Below are positions 18,327-28,100 of a stretch of DNA of 64,000 bases, piece after piece. Origin of the DNA: a virus. Numbering within the stretch: the first letter of the stretch is position 1; each line of letters begins with the position of its first letter. The translations under genes were made by a program, and so were the position numbers. The DNA is taken from positions 26,292 to 90,291 of IMG/VR virus record IMGVR_UViG_3300025889_009691; one strand, written 5' to 3'. The notes under the pieces are model-generated. The model was not told the DNA's origin and ran no database searches. It saw only the letters and a program-made list of their open reading frames with translations.

Positions 18327-21194
18327 ATGGCTATTGGTAGTGGTAGATGGGGCGGGTTGCGTCAAGAGCCGTATAATCCTAACCCTAAAGATGCTGATAA
18401 TGACGGTATTGTTCAAGAAGGTACGCCGTTTGAGCGGCCTATTGGCACCCGGTATTTGAATGCTGCGGGCGAGGAAATTTCTAGTCTCTTAAACGGGTCT
18501 AATGTTTCTCAGTTGGACGGATTGCGCCTGGTTGATGCTAACGATAATCCTGTTGAGTATCGACAGTCGTGGCGGAGCGAAAATCTTGCGTTGGGTGAAC
18601 GTCAGGAGACTATTGGTCAGTCGTTGGGGACTGTTGGGCAAACGCTGGGGACTGTTGATGAAGTTCCTGCTACTGGTGATTATAGGATTGAGCATCGTCC
18701 GCCTGGAAGGGGAGAAGGTGCACCGTTGCATGCTTTGGATCAGATTTATCCACCGGATGTTTATTCTGCGGACGCTATGAGGCTGTATGGGTCTGGTGTG
18801 CGGGCGGATGCTGCTAAAGATCGTGAGATGGCTGAAGTTATTAGTCGTGTTCGTGGTAACCCTGACGCTGAAGTGATTATGTATCGTGCTGTACCTGTGG
18901 ATGGTGTGGATACTATTAACGCTGGTGATTGGGTTACCCCTTCTAGGTTGTATGCTGTTGAACATGGTGAGGGTCCGATGCGTGGCGAGTATCGTATCAT
19001 TGAGATGCGTGTGCGTGCCGGTGACTTACATACGGACGGTAACTATATTTACGAGTTTGGTTATGATCCGATGCCTACGGCAAAACCAATTGATGACCGT
19101 GACTTGAGTCCTGCAGCTAAAGAGTTGCATGACGATATCATTCCGTCGTGGAGGTCAGGTGATGAAGCATGGGCTGATTTCCCCGATCTAGAAGAACGTG
19201 GTATTGCTCTCATCGACGCTTACGAAAACGGCGAGATTGACGTTTATGACTATGAGTCTAGTTACATTGAAATAGTGACTGAAGGTTTAGAGCGTCGGTT
19301 GGAATCTATTAGACAAGTGTATGGTGCAGAAACTGGTGACGTGTTAGACGCTTGGGTGCGTGGCGACTACGGGGCGACCGAAAGTATCCGTGACGGCATC
19401 AGTGAGGGGCAGTATAGTGGCTTAATTGAATTAATTGATGATTCGCCGCCTCAAGAAACGCTGTGGCGTGGCATGATGATTGATGCTGAGACGCAGCAGC
19501 GTATGGAAGCTGCGGGGGTTATCTCTATGCCTTTAGGTGCCACGTCTTCAAATGAGAGAGCTGCTGGCGAGTATGCTGGCTTGTCGGTTACTGGCGGTGG
19601 GCCGTCATCTGTTATGATTAAGGTTGAGGGCGCTAATGCGTTTCCTGCGAGAACTATTTCGCCTGTAGAGTCTGATGATGAGTGGCTGGTTGCTGGCGAT
19701 TTTGAGATTGTTTCTGTTGATGAGTATGTTCAGCCGGGTGCGTTTGCTGACGCTACTCCGATTAAGCAGTGGACTGTTCGTCCTCGCCGTAAGTCTGATC
19801 CTGAAAGTCCGAGAGCTAATGTTCCGAAGGCTAAGGAGATGCGTCCCCAGGACAAAGGTGTGATGTTTTCTTCTTTGGATAAGGATGGTGTTAGATCGAC
19901 GGATGACAAGGTTGTTCACCCTAATGGCACGTTGTCAATTGAGGGTATGAATGCTGATGGGTCTTTTGTTGAGTTTAGTGAAGAGTTAGAAAAGAAACTT
20001 GATGCCCGTTTTGAAGAGTTGGGTATTAGCCGAGATGAACTTACTTTGAACTTGGCTCATTCCGCCATGATAGCAATGGGTTATGACCCTGTTACTGGTG
20101 AGTTTGATCCTGAAAAAGTTAAAGAGGGTTTAGAAAAGTCACGGTGGTATTCAGAGCAAGGTGATCGGCTTCGTGCTTTGGCTGATGCACAAGATGTGGA
20201 TTTGGAACGTGTAGTAGCGGCGGCCACGGTAATGTCTGCGGGTCGTCTATGGGATGGTCCTGCTAACGGCAATTATGAGAGTACTGAACGACTTATCAAC
20301 ATTTTGAAAGCTGATGAACCTATTGAGATTACTCCAGCTATGGCAGAGTTTCTGGCTTGGCGTAAGGGTAAAGCAACTAAGAAGACAAGCAGTTTGGGTT
20401 TTCACCAAGATTTAAAGCCGGGTCAGTCTATTCGTCCGTCTGAGTTAGACTCTGCACAGTTAGTTGAAGTTTTGTATGCCGCTAATAGCATGCGAGGCTA
20501 CACTTCGTTTAAGGATTGGAAGCGAGATTCTGATACTGGTACGAAAACCCCTAAAGGTTATACGGGTGTTGAGTCTCCGTATCCGTTGTTTACGTCTAAG
20601 GGTACACTGCAGGTTAAGCAAGCTGTTGCTGTTTTGCGTGGCGATGTGACAGTACGTGATGCTATTTCTGGGCCAAAGTATTCTAGTTTTTATTCCAATC
20701 TTTTGCGCCCTGATCTTGATTATAGTTCGACCAATGATACTTGGCATTACAGGGTAATGGCCGGTAATGCGGTATTGAATCCGCTTACGAATAAAAATAA
20801 GCTTGGTTCGGGTACCATGCGAGAACTAACACTAAAAACTGAGGCAAAGTTTGGGCATTGGGAAATTGATGAAGAAACAGGCGTAAGAACGTGGAAGGCT
20901 TACACGGCTACAGCACAGGATTTGTTCCAGAGTGGTTTATCTTCAAAACCAAATGGGCTTGGTTCTGGCGACTTAATGTTCCGTGATAGCACAAAAATTT
21001 CAAGAGGGGCATTAGCTTCGCTTAAAGCGGCTCACCCAGAAATTTTTGGAGATATGACATTACACGAAATGCAAGCATTAGTTTGGGTTCACTATGGCGG
21101 AGGCACTATGAGCGCTGATGAGGGCCTGGATATTTGGGGTGATGCTTTGAGTAAGTTGCCTGTTGACGGGGCCTGGATTGACCTGATAGACTAG
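18327..21194 (+). CDS. Multidomain effector-like protein: two ADP-ribosyltransferase-like domains and a C-terminal HhH-glycosylase-like domain
   Basis: YRAVP..IN.GDWVT..YA..HG..E.GY domain; LWRG..ATSS..DDEWL (R-S-E ART triad); WY..AA..S..GPK..F..DTWH..QA.VW domain. Confidence 0.6.
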   Translation: MAIGSGRWGGLRQEPYNPNPKDADNDGIVQEGTPFERPIGTRYLNAAGEEISSLLNGSNVSQLDGLRLVDANDNPVEYRQSWRSENLALGERQETIGQSLGTVGQTLGTVDEVPATGDYRIEHRPPGRGEGAPLHALDQIYPPDVYSADAMRLYGSGVRADAAKDREMAEVISRVRGNPDAEVIMYRAVPVDGVDTINAGDWVTPSRLYAVEHGEGPMRGEYRIIEMRVRAGDLHTDGNYIYEFGYDPMPTAKPIDDRDLSPAAKELHDDIIPSWRSGDEAWADFPDLEERGIALIDAYENGEIDVYDYESSYIEIVTEGLERRLESIRQVYGAETGDVLDAWVRGDYGATESIRDGISEGQYSGLIELIDDSPPQETLWRGMMIDAETQQRMEAAGVISMPLGATSSNERAAGEYAGLSVTGGGPSSVMIKVEGANAFPARTISPVESDDEWLVAGDFEIVSVDEYVQPGAFADATPIKQWTVRPRRKSDPESPRANVPKAKEMRPQDKGVMFSSLDKDGVRSTDDKVVHPNGTLSIEGMNADGSFVEFSEELEKKLDARFEELGISRDELTLNLAHSAMIAMGYDPVTGEFDPEKVKEGLEKSRWYSEQGDRLRALADAQDVDLERVVAAATVMSAGRLWDGPANGNYESTERLINILKADEPIEITPAMAEFLAWRKGKATKKTSSLGFHQDLKPGQSIRPSELDSAQLVEVLYAANSMRGYTSFKDWKRDSDTGTKTPKGYTGVESPYPLFTSKGTLQVKQAVAVLRGDVTVRDAISGPKYSSFYSNLLRPDLDYSSTNDTWHYRVMAGNAVLNPLTNKNKLGSGTMRELTLKTEAKFGHWEIDEETGVRTWKAYTATAQDLFQSGLSSKPNGLGSGDLMFRDSTKISRGALASLKAAHPEIFGDMTLHEMQALVWVHYGGGTMSADEGLDIWGDALSKLPVDGAWIDLID

Positions 21195-21198
21195 ATTT

Positions 21199-21375
21199 AT
21201 GAATCCTAATAATTCCCCCATGACAGATGACGGCAGTTTTGATTTTGACAGTCTGGAAGATGACGATGAGCGTTGGGAATATGCACAGTACATCGTAAAC
21301 ACTCCTGCTGAAGACCGGCCTGAAATTTCTGAAGAAGATGCTGCAGCCGCTTTAGAATGGTTACGTTATTCTTAG
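21199..21375 (+). CDS. Small highly acidic protein (58 aa; not in the ORF track)
   Basis: MNPNNSPMTDDGSFDFDSLEDDDERWEYAQYIVNTPAEDRPEISEEDAAAALEWLRYS; begins 4 nt after the upstream stop. Confidence 0.6.
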   Translation: MNPNNSPMTDDGSFDFDSLEDDDERWEYAQYIVNTPAEDRPEISEEDAAAALEWLRYS

Positions 21376-21387
21376 AGATTAGTTACA

Positions 21388-21425
21388 TTGACCACTAGAC
21401 GCTGCGTGGTAATATAATACTTGAC
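21388..21425 (+). promoter_or_regulatory. Promoter of the sheath/tube operon
   Basis: TTGACC...GTGGTAATATAATACTTGAC; motif shared with the capsid promoter. Confidence 0.6.
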
Positions 21426-21498
21426 AGAGCAGACGCTAAGTCTAGCCCTCAGGGCAAGTCAATACGGTATTGAACGACAACGAAATTGGAGGCTAAAG

Positions 21499-23007
21499 AT
21501 GCCGGGAGTTAACGTCACCACTGCAGTACGCACTGGTCCTGTGGGTACTACAGATGTCGTGGCAGGTCAAGTATTTATGGTCGGTGAGACTGAGCGGGGT
21601 CCTACAGATGAACCCACGCTTCTTCGATCTTTTAACGACTATACGACCTACTACGGAAATTATGAATCAGGATCACTTTACAGCCATGTCAAGACTTTCT
21701 TTGATGAGGGCGGTTCTCGGTGCTATGTGCAGCGTGTCCTAACCAATAGTACAGACACGCCTAGTGCGGCTGGTTCTATCACTCTTACCGATTCTTCCGG
21801 TTCGGCTACTATGGTTGCTACCGCAAAGAATGCTGGTGATTGGTCAGACAATCTAGATATTGAGATTGCTGCTGCTGACGTTTCGGGTTTCAAGGTTAAG
21901 GTGTATCTAGATGATGCTCTCCTCCTTTCAACTCGTGACCTTACGTCAGTTACAGACGCAATCAACGTGGTGAACAGTTCAGCAGTTTCGCATCTTGTTG
22001 AACTTACTGACGATGATACGTCGTCTTCTAACCCAGCTACTTCTGCGGCTACTGCTCTTTCTGGTGGTAGTGATGGTCTTGCGGTTGCGGATTCAGACTA
22101 TGTGACAGCAATTGCTGTAGCGACTACTAACATTACACCCAACCTTGGCACGGGCGCTATTTGTGCTCCGGGCCGTTATGGTTCTGATGTTTGGGATGCG
22201 CTTCGGGATCATGCGGCTGAGCATAATCGTGTAGCGCTCTTGGGGTTTGATGACGTTGCTGCCGCTTCAGCACGAAGCTCAGCAGCAGACTACTACGCTG
22301 ATGATAAAGCAAGCTACATGGCGTTCTACTGGCCACACATCAAGGTTCCGTCACCGAACGCTGCGGAGCTGGCTTCAGGTCAGTCATCGGTTGCTGGCGC
22401 AACGGTCACGATTTCACCTGAGGCGTTTGCTGCAGGTGCTCGTGCTAGAGCAATTCAGCAGAGCGGTGGCCCGTGGCGTGCAGGTGCTGGACAGATTTCT
22501 CAGGCTCGAACTGTTAGTGCCCTGTCAAAGGATGTTACTGCTGCGACCGGCGAAACAATGGATGCGGCCCGAGTTAACGTGATTCGCAAAATTGGTAACG
22601 GAATCCGTGTTTACGGTGCCCGCTCAGTATCAAACGATGAGGCTAACTGGCGCTACATTACGATGCGTGACACCATGAACTACATTGTGACTGGTGTTGA
22701 GGCCCGTATGGAAGAGTACGTGTTTGAGACGGTAGACGCCCGAGGCAACTTGTTCGGTCGTATCCGTGGCTCAATCAAGGCTTTCTTGGAGCCGATCCGT
22801 GCTGCTGGTGGCCTTTACGAAGCGTTTGATGATGATGGCGTGATGATTGACCCCGGCTTCAATGTCGTGGTTGACAGCACTCTTAATCCAGCGACGCAAC
22901 TTGCCAACGGTCTTGTTAAGGCCCAGGTTGGGGTCCGGGTTTCCGGGGTTGCGGATTTAATTGATATAGTAATCACTAAGAGCAATCTTTCGGCTCCCGT
23001 AATCTAA
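21499..23007 (+). CDS. Contractile tail sheath protein
   Basis: GGAGG SD; MPGVNV, G.TERGP...P, FFDEGGSRCYV.RV, YWP, VN.IR, VYGAR. Confidence 0.92.
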   Translation: MPGVNVTTAVRTGPVGTTDVVAGQVFMVGETERGPTDEPTLLRSFNDYTTYYGNYESGSLYSHVKTFFDEGGSRCYVQRVLTNSTDTPSAAGSITLTDSSGSATMVATAKNAGDWSDNLDIEIAAADVSGFKVKVYLDDALLLSTRDLTSVTDAINVVNSSAVSHLVELTDDDTSSSNPATSAATALSGGSDGLAVADSDYVTAIAVATTNITPNLGTGAICAPGRYGSDVWDALRDHAAEHNRVALLGFDDVAAASARSSAADYYADDKASYMAFYWPHIKVPSPNAAELASGQSSVAGATVTISPEAFAAGARARAIQQSGGPWRAGAGQISQARTVSALSKDVTAATGETMDAARVNVIRKIGNGIRVYGARSVSNDEANWRYITMRDTMNYIVTGVEARMEEYVFETVDARGNLFGRIRGSIKAFLEPIRAAGGLYEAFDDDGVMIDPGFNVVVDSTLNPATQLANGLVKAQVGVRVSGVADLIDIVITKSNLSAPVI

Positions 23008-23017
23008 GGAGATATAA

Positions 23018-23467
23018 ATGGCTAAAGCAACTCAGAGGCAGATTGTCGCAGAGATTTCAGCGGTTAGAGATGTTCCCGGCCATATTCCGGGTCCGTCTTT
23101 CGCCACGTACTTTGCTACAGTCAGCGGCGGCGAAATCAGCGCTGCAGTAGAGAAGGTGTATGACGGGGGATCGACGTTCCCTGAGGTTCTTTGTGCTCCT
23201 TCAGAAATTGGTGACATCACTCTCAGCAGGTTCTATAATCCTGATGACGATGCTGATAGATTGAACAACCTTCGTCAGTTGGTCGGTTCAACCTATTATG
23301 ATGTCAAGATTTACACGCTTAATTGTGATCTGGCTGAGCCTGGGTCTGAGCGTGTGTATCCGAAGTGCTTGCTTGTTGGGCTTACTGAGCCTGATGGTGA
23401 TGCTTCTTCAGGTGCTCCTGCTTCTTTCTCGCTCACGTTCTCAGTGAGCCGGGTAAGCGCTATCTGA
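23018..23467 (+). CDS. Tail tube protein
   Basis: Follows the sheath gene; 149 aa; F..VSGG...V..GG...ITLSR pattern. Confidence 0.8.
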   Translation: MAKATQRQIVAEISAVRDVPGHIPGPSFATYFATVSGGEISAAVEKVYDGGSTFPEVLCAPSEIGDITLSRFYNPDDDADRLNNLRQLVGSTYYDVKIYTLNCDLAEPGSERVYPKCLLVGLTEPDGDASSGAPASFSLTFSVSRVSAI

Positions 23468-23497
23468 TCCTCGCATAAACATAATTGAATAAAGATT

Positions 23498-23529
23498 GGG
23501 CGCTGCTTCGGTAGCGCCTTTTCTTTTTT
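23498..23529 (+). terminator. Intrinsic terminator after the tube gene
   Basis: GGGCGCTGC-TTCG-GTAGCGCCT-TTTCTTTTT. Confidence 0.9.
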
Positions 23530-23599
23530 ACATTGCTTGCGTGGGAGTGTAGATTTTTATATGCTATTGTTGATATGTATTGTCTACATGAGGTTAATC

Positions 23600-24337
23600 A
23601 TGAGTATTCCAACAGTTAGTAGTCGGGTCAATGTTAAAGACCTGCACCCTAAGTTTAAGGCCCGTCTGGAAGCGTTCTTTGCTGATCCACGTATTGCGGG
23701 CAAGGTTGCTGTTGTGTCTGGTGTTCGCACCTACCAGCAGCAGAAGTACCTGTATGATGGCTATAAGAGCCGTAAGCCCGGTTTCAATCTGGCAGCTAAC
23801 CCGGACCGTGTAAACAGCGCCGGGTTTCAGGGTTCGTATCATATGAGCCAGCCGAAGTTTGATGGTTACGGTTATGCGGTTGACTTCCGTATCATCAAGC
23901 GGGGTTCTATCTCTACCACGCAGGTGAATAAGATTGCTGAAGAGTATGGTATTCGTAAGACCGTGGCTTCGGAGTGGTGGCATCATCAGCCGTGTCGTGT
24001 GAGCGGTTCGAAGATGGATTGGTTCCCTGTTAAGGGCGATATCAAGGTTCCGAAGGCTGCGTCGGTTAAGTCTGAGCAGGCTCAGGCGCTTGAGTTTATT
24101 GCGGCGTGTTTTAAGACTGTTGTGCGTCGTGGCGATAAGGGGCCGGTTGTTGAGTTCCTTCAGAAGCTTCTGGATAAGAACGGTTACAAGCTGACTTCTC
24201 GTCCTCGTAAGAATTCTGGCGTTGACGGCGACTTCGGTGCTAAGACGTTGAAGGCTGTGAAGCAGTTCCAGCGTGATGAGGGTCTTGCTGCGGACGGTGT
24301 TGTTGGTCCCAAGACTTGGGCAGCGCTTGCTGACTAA
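23600..24337 (+). CDS. Endolysin-like M15 family peptidase with a C-terminal PG_binding_1 domain
   Basis: LHP.F, SG.RT..QQ..LY, S.H...G.AVD, EWWH; GD.G..V..LQ..L...VDG.FG..T..AV..FQ...GL..DG.VGP.TW. Confidence 0.85.
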   Translation: MSIPTVSSRVNVKDLHPKFKARLEAFFADPRIAGKVAVVSGVRTYQQQKYLYDGYKSRKPGFNLAANPDRVNSAGFQGSYHMSQPKFDGYGYAVDFRIIKRGSISTTQVNKIAEEYGIRKTVASEWWHHQPCRVSGSKMDWFPVKGDIKVPKAASVKSEQAQALEFIAACFKTVVRRGDKGPVVEFLQKLLDKNGYKLTSRPRKNSGVDGDFGAKTLKAVKQFQRDEGLAADGVVGPKTWAALAD

Positions 24338-24385
24338 TGTGTCTTGCTAGTTGACTTGATTCTAGGAAAGGAATAGTATATAAAC

Positions 24386-24898
24386 ATGAGCACAGAAAAT
24401 GAAATTATTGAGGTTGCAGGTTCCGCACCTGCTGCCGCACAGAAAAAGGCCAGCAAGGTTACTTTGCTGGATCAGTTGAAGACGGAGATTGCTAAAGAAG
24501 TTACCCGTCCTGAGATTGAGATTCCTATTCCTGAGCGTAAGGGCGTTACTGTCCGTTACTCTCCTAACATTACAAACGACCAGTTGAAGGCTTGGCGTCG
24601 CAACTCTACTAACCGCAAGACTGAAGAACTTGACTCAATTAAGTTCTCTTGTTATGTGGTTGGGCAGACTGTGACTGGCATTTTCTTCAACAACGAGCTT
24701 GTTCTGGATGATGACGGGAATGCGATTACGTTTGCATCGCCGGTCGTTATGGAGATGACGGACACTGATCGTCCTTTGCCTGATGCTATCAGGGCGTTCT
24801 TTGCTGTTGATCCACACCTTGAGAGCACCGCTCTTAAGATTCTTGACCATGCTGGTTATGGTGACGACGTGGACATGGAGGACCCTACGAAGGGCTAG
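24386..24898 (+). CDS. Tail assembly chaperone (G-like)
   Basis: Upstream of the tape measure gene; promoter TTGACT-17-TAGTAT; ends EDPTKG. Confidence 0.7.
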   Translation: MSTENEIIEVAGSAPAAAQKKASKVTLLDQLKTEIAKEVTRPEIEIPIPERKGVTVRYSPNITNDQLKAWRRNSTNRKTEELDSIKFSCYVVGQTVTGIFFNNELVLDDDGNAITFASPVVMEMTDTDRPLPDAIRAFFAVDPHLESTALKILDHAGYGDDVDMEDPTKG

Positions 24899-25089
24899 TT
24901 GATAGCCTTTCGGAAGATGTCCGAATCAAATCAGCGGCCCGTCTAGGTGAAACGTTCCACGTTGACCCTATCCAGTTATTAGATTCCACGAATGATGAGT
25001 GGTTGATTCGTATGGCTTGTGCGCAGGCATTGGCTAGGGATCAGGCGGAAAGAGAAAGACAAAGAAAGGCCATGCAAGGTGGCTACTAA
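24895..25089 (+). CDS. Tail assembly chaperone T-like segment, probably reached by a -1 frameshift
   Basis: -1 frame open from 24865 to 25089 with no SD-linked start codon; LVDSLSEDVRIKSAARLGETFHVDPIQLL...GGY. Confidence 0.6.
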   Translation, partial: LVDSLSEDVRIKSAARLGETFHVDPIQLLDSTNDEWLIRMACAQALARDQAERERQRKAMQGGY

Positions 25090-25092
25090 GCA

Positions 25093-25140
25093 CCGGGGAT
25101 TTCTGTAGAATATCTATAGGAATTCCCGGTTCTTCTTTTT
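25093..25140 (+). terminator. Long hairpin with T-tract before the tape measure gene
   Basis: ACCGGGGATTTCTGTAGA-ATA-TCTATAGGAATTCCCGGT followed by TCTTCTTTTT. Confidence 0.6.
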
Positions 25141-25150
25141 AGGGGCAGTT

Positions 25151-28100
25151 ATGGCTGAAGCTAGAGAACGTGTTGTAATTGAGGTTGAGATCGATGCTGA
25201 TATTAGCGGCGATCTTGCTGCTATTGAGCGTAGGTTGAAGGCGTTAGAGGATCGTCAGAACGCTTTGGGTCGTGCGACTCGTGGCGCTGCTAACGCTAAC
25301 CGAGATTTTGATCGCACAAACCGTCGTCTAAATAAAACAGCTGATTCAAATACACGCAAGTTTGACCGGTTCCGTAAGGTAATGGACGGGTTTAAGAACG
25401 GCCTTATGAAGGTTACCGGAGTCTTAAAGAAATTTTTGATGACTTTTTCTAAGTTGTCGTTTATTGCGATTGCTGCTGAAATTGCTATTTTTTCGGCTGC
25501 GTTGTTAGCTGTTAAAGGCTTGTTAGTTAGTGGTAGGGTTGCTGTTAAAGGTTACCAGATAGCCCTTAAAGGTTTGTCAGCGGCGGCTGCTGGTGTTGCT
25601 ACTGGTTTGGCGGTGGCGGCTGCGGCTATTAGAGAATTTCAGGAAGTGCAGCTTACGCCGTTCTTTGGTGGTGGTCAGCAAGGTGCTCGTGGTGCCCGTC
25701 AGTTAAGTCGTAGTTTTACTTCGCAGACTCGTTCGTTGTTGGGTGAGTCTACTGGGGCTGTTGCTGGTTCGTTTGCGCAGGCGGGCATTCGCCGTGGTAA
25801 TGTTTTGGCTAACCAGTTGTTTAACTTGTCTGGCGGTGATGCTAAGGCGGTGCAGTCGTTGGCTGCGGCTTTTGCGTCTGCACAGAAGTCTGGCGATACG
25901 GCTGGCCTTATTACGGCGTTGCAGGGTGCTAGGGGTTTTCGTGCTGAGTCTATTGCTGAGGGTGCGTCTTTAAGTAGTATTATTGGTACTGTTTCTAGAG
26001 GTGGTGCCACGGCTGATGCGTTCCAGGGTTTGGGTGATGCTTTTGCGGGGACGTTTATTGGTACGTTGAAGGCTGAAGCCGAGTCGTTTAAAAGTATTTT
26101 TGCAAACATTGGTGAGCCGTTACTGAAGCCGTTCCGTGATTCGTTTTTGCAGATTAGTCAGATTATTAAAAACGATGTGTTGGGTATTGCTCAGATTATG
26201 CGGGAGTTTGGCCCGGATTCGATGGCTCCTGCGTTGGTTGGTTTTACGGATGCGGTAAGTGAGTTTATTCGTTCTAACATTGTGCAGAATGTTAGCGATA
26301 TTGCGGGTGCTGCTGATAAGTTTATTAACTTCTTTAGGTCTGTTGGTGATTTCTTTACTGGTTTTGGTGATTGGCTTCGTAGTTATGAGGGTGCTGCTGA
26401 TGTTGTTATGGACATGCTTAGGGCAATGTTTAGTAGTTCTGAGGGTGGGCTGTTTCGGTCTTTCTCAAATTTGCTTGAAGAGAACAGAGAGGCGTTTATT
26501 GCCTTTGGTGATGCCTTAGGTAATGTGATAAATGCATTTAAGCAGGGCTTTGCGCAAGGAAATAGTGGTTTCTTTAATGCTCTTCCGAGGCTGGTTGATA
26601 CGTTGAATGTGGTGGCTACGAGTGTGTTGCCTAACTTGTTTGAAGTGTTTGGTGCTATGACGCCGCTGTTTGAGCGGTTCCCTGAGATTATTCGTGATAT
26701 TACTGAAACGCTTGGGCCTATGTTGGTGCGTATTTTTGAGGCGATGGAACCTATTTTTGATAAGTTACCTGATGCGTTCAAGGGATTGTTGAAGGTGTTG
26801 TCTGCTCTTGAGCCTCTTATCATGTTGTTGATTAAGGCTGTTGATTTGTTGGCTTCTGCTCTTCTCGCTATTCCGGGTGGGGATATGGTGTTGGGTCTTG
26901 GCGGCTTGTATGCGTTTGGTAAGGGCAAGTCTGCCCTGAATGCTAGAAAAAATCCTGCCGCTGCAGCCCGTCGTGCCAATCGTGGTCCTAGCTTTTTCTC
27001 TCGTGGAGTTAGTGCCTTAGATGACACTATGTATAACAGAACTGGGCCTGTCGCTAACCGTTATCTAAATATGCGCACAAATCCTAATGGCATGTTTTCT
27101 GCGGGTACAAGCAAAGCTGCGTTTGCTTCAAAATTGTTAACTCCACTCGCTGGCGCTTTAGGTGCTAAAAACTTTTATGACGCATATCAGGCGGGTGTGG
27201 CAGAAGGGGGCGGAGGACGAAGCTCTAACGCCTTCGGCCTTGATCGTGGTCTTAGCATGGATGGTCTGAGGGGTATTTCTAATTACATGGAGAATGATCC
27301 TATTGGTGCTGGTTTTTCTGCTGCTGGTATGGCTGCCACTGCGGCTTTGTTTGGCGCAAATCCGGCTTTGGCTGCAGTGATAGGCGGCGGTGTGACTACT
27401 TATGGTGCCGGTAAGCAAGCCCTGAGTCAAGGTTCGTCTATGGGAAACACACTTACAGGCATTGCAGGGTCCACGGTTATGGGTGCCGGTTTAGGGCAAA
27501 TGCTGATTCCGATTCCCGGTGTAGGCGCATTAATAGGTGCGGGTGCGGGTGCTATTGCTGGCACTATTGCGTTTGGCGGCACGCATGTGCTTCAATCGAT
27601 GGGCTTCTTGGGCGGCACAAAAGGTGATAGGCAAAGACAACGAAACGAAGATTTCGCAGCAGGCATGTCAACAAACCTGTCATCGATTGCGGCTAACGGC
27701 GGAACCGACGCACAGTTCATGGAAGCACAATCGTTGTTACAAAGCGCTGAAGCAGCCATGATGGCAGGCATGACCGCAGAAGGTTTCACTGAAGGCGACA
27801 CGAACGCTATGAGAACGTTCCTTATGCAAGCTCAAAGTTCTGGGCTGTTAGCGGGCACAGAGTTCGCTAATATGGACTTTACGCAAATGCATTTAGATGA
27901 CTTTATTCAGAATGAACTTGGTGGCGTAATGGATTCGTTAACAAAGACGATTGAATCTGAAACTGCTCGTCGCCAACGTGAGGAAGAAGAAAGACTCCGC
28001 AAGATCAATATTGCTGTTGGTGACTTGTCTGAAACGTTAGAGGTTTCTCGTGGCGAAATTGAACGGTTTGTTTCAGAGTTTGGTATTGCGTTGGATACAG

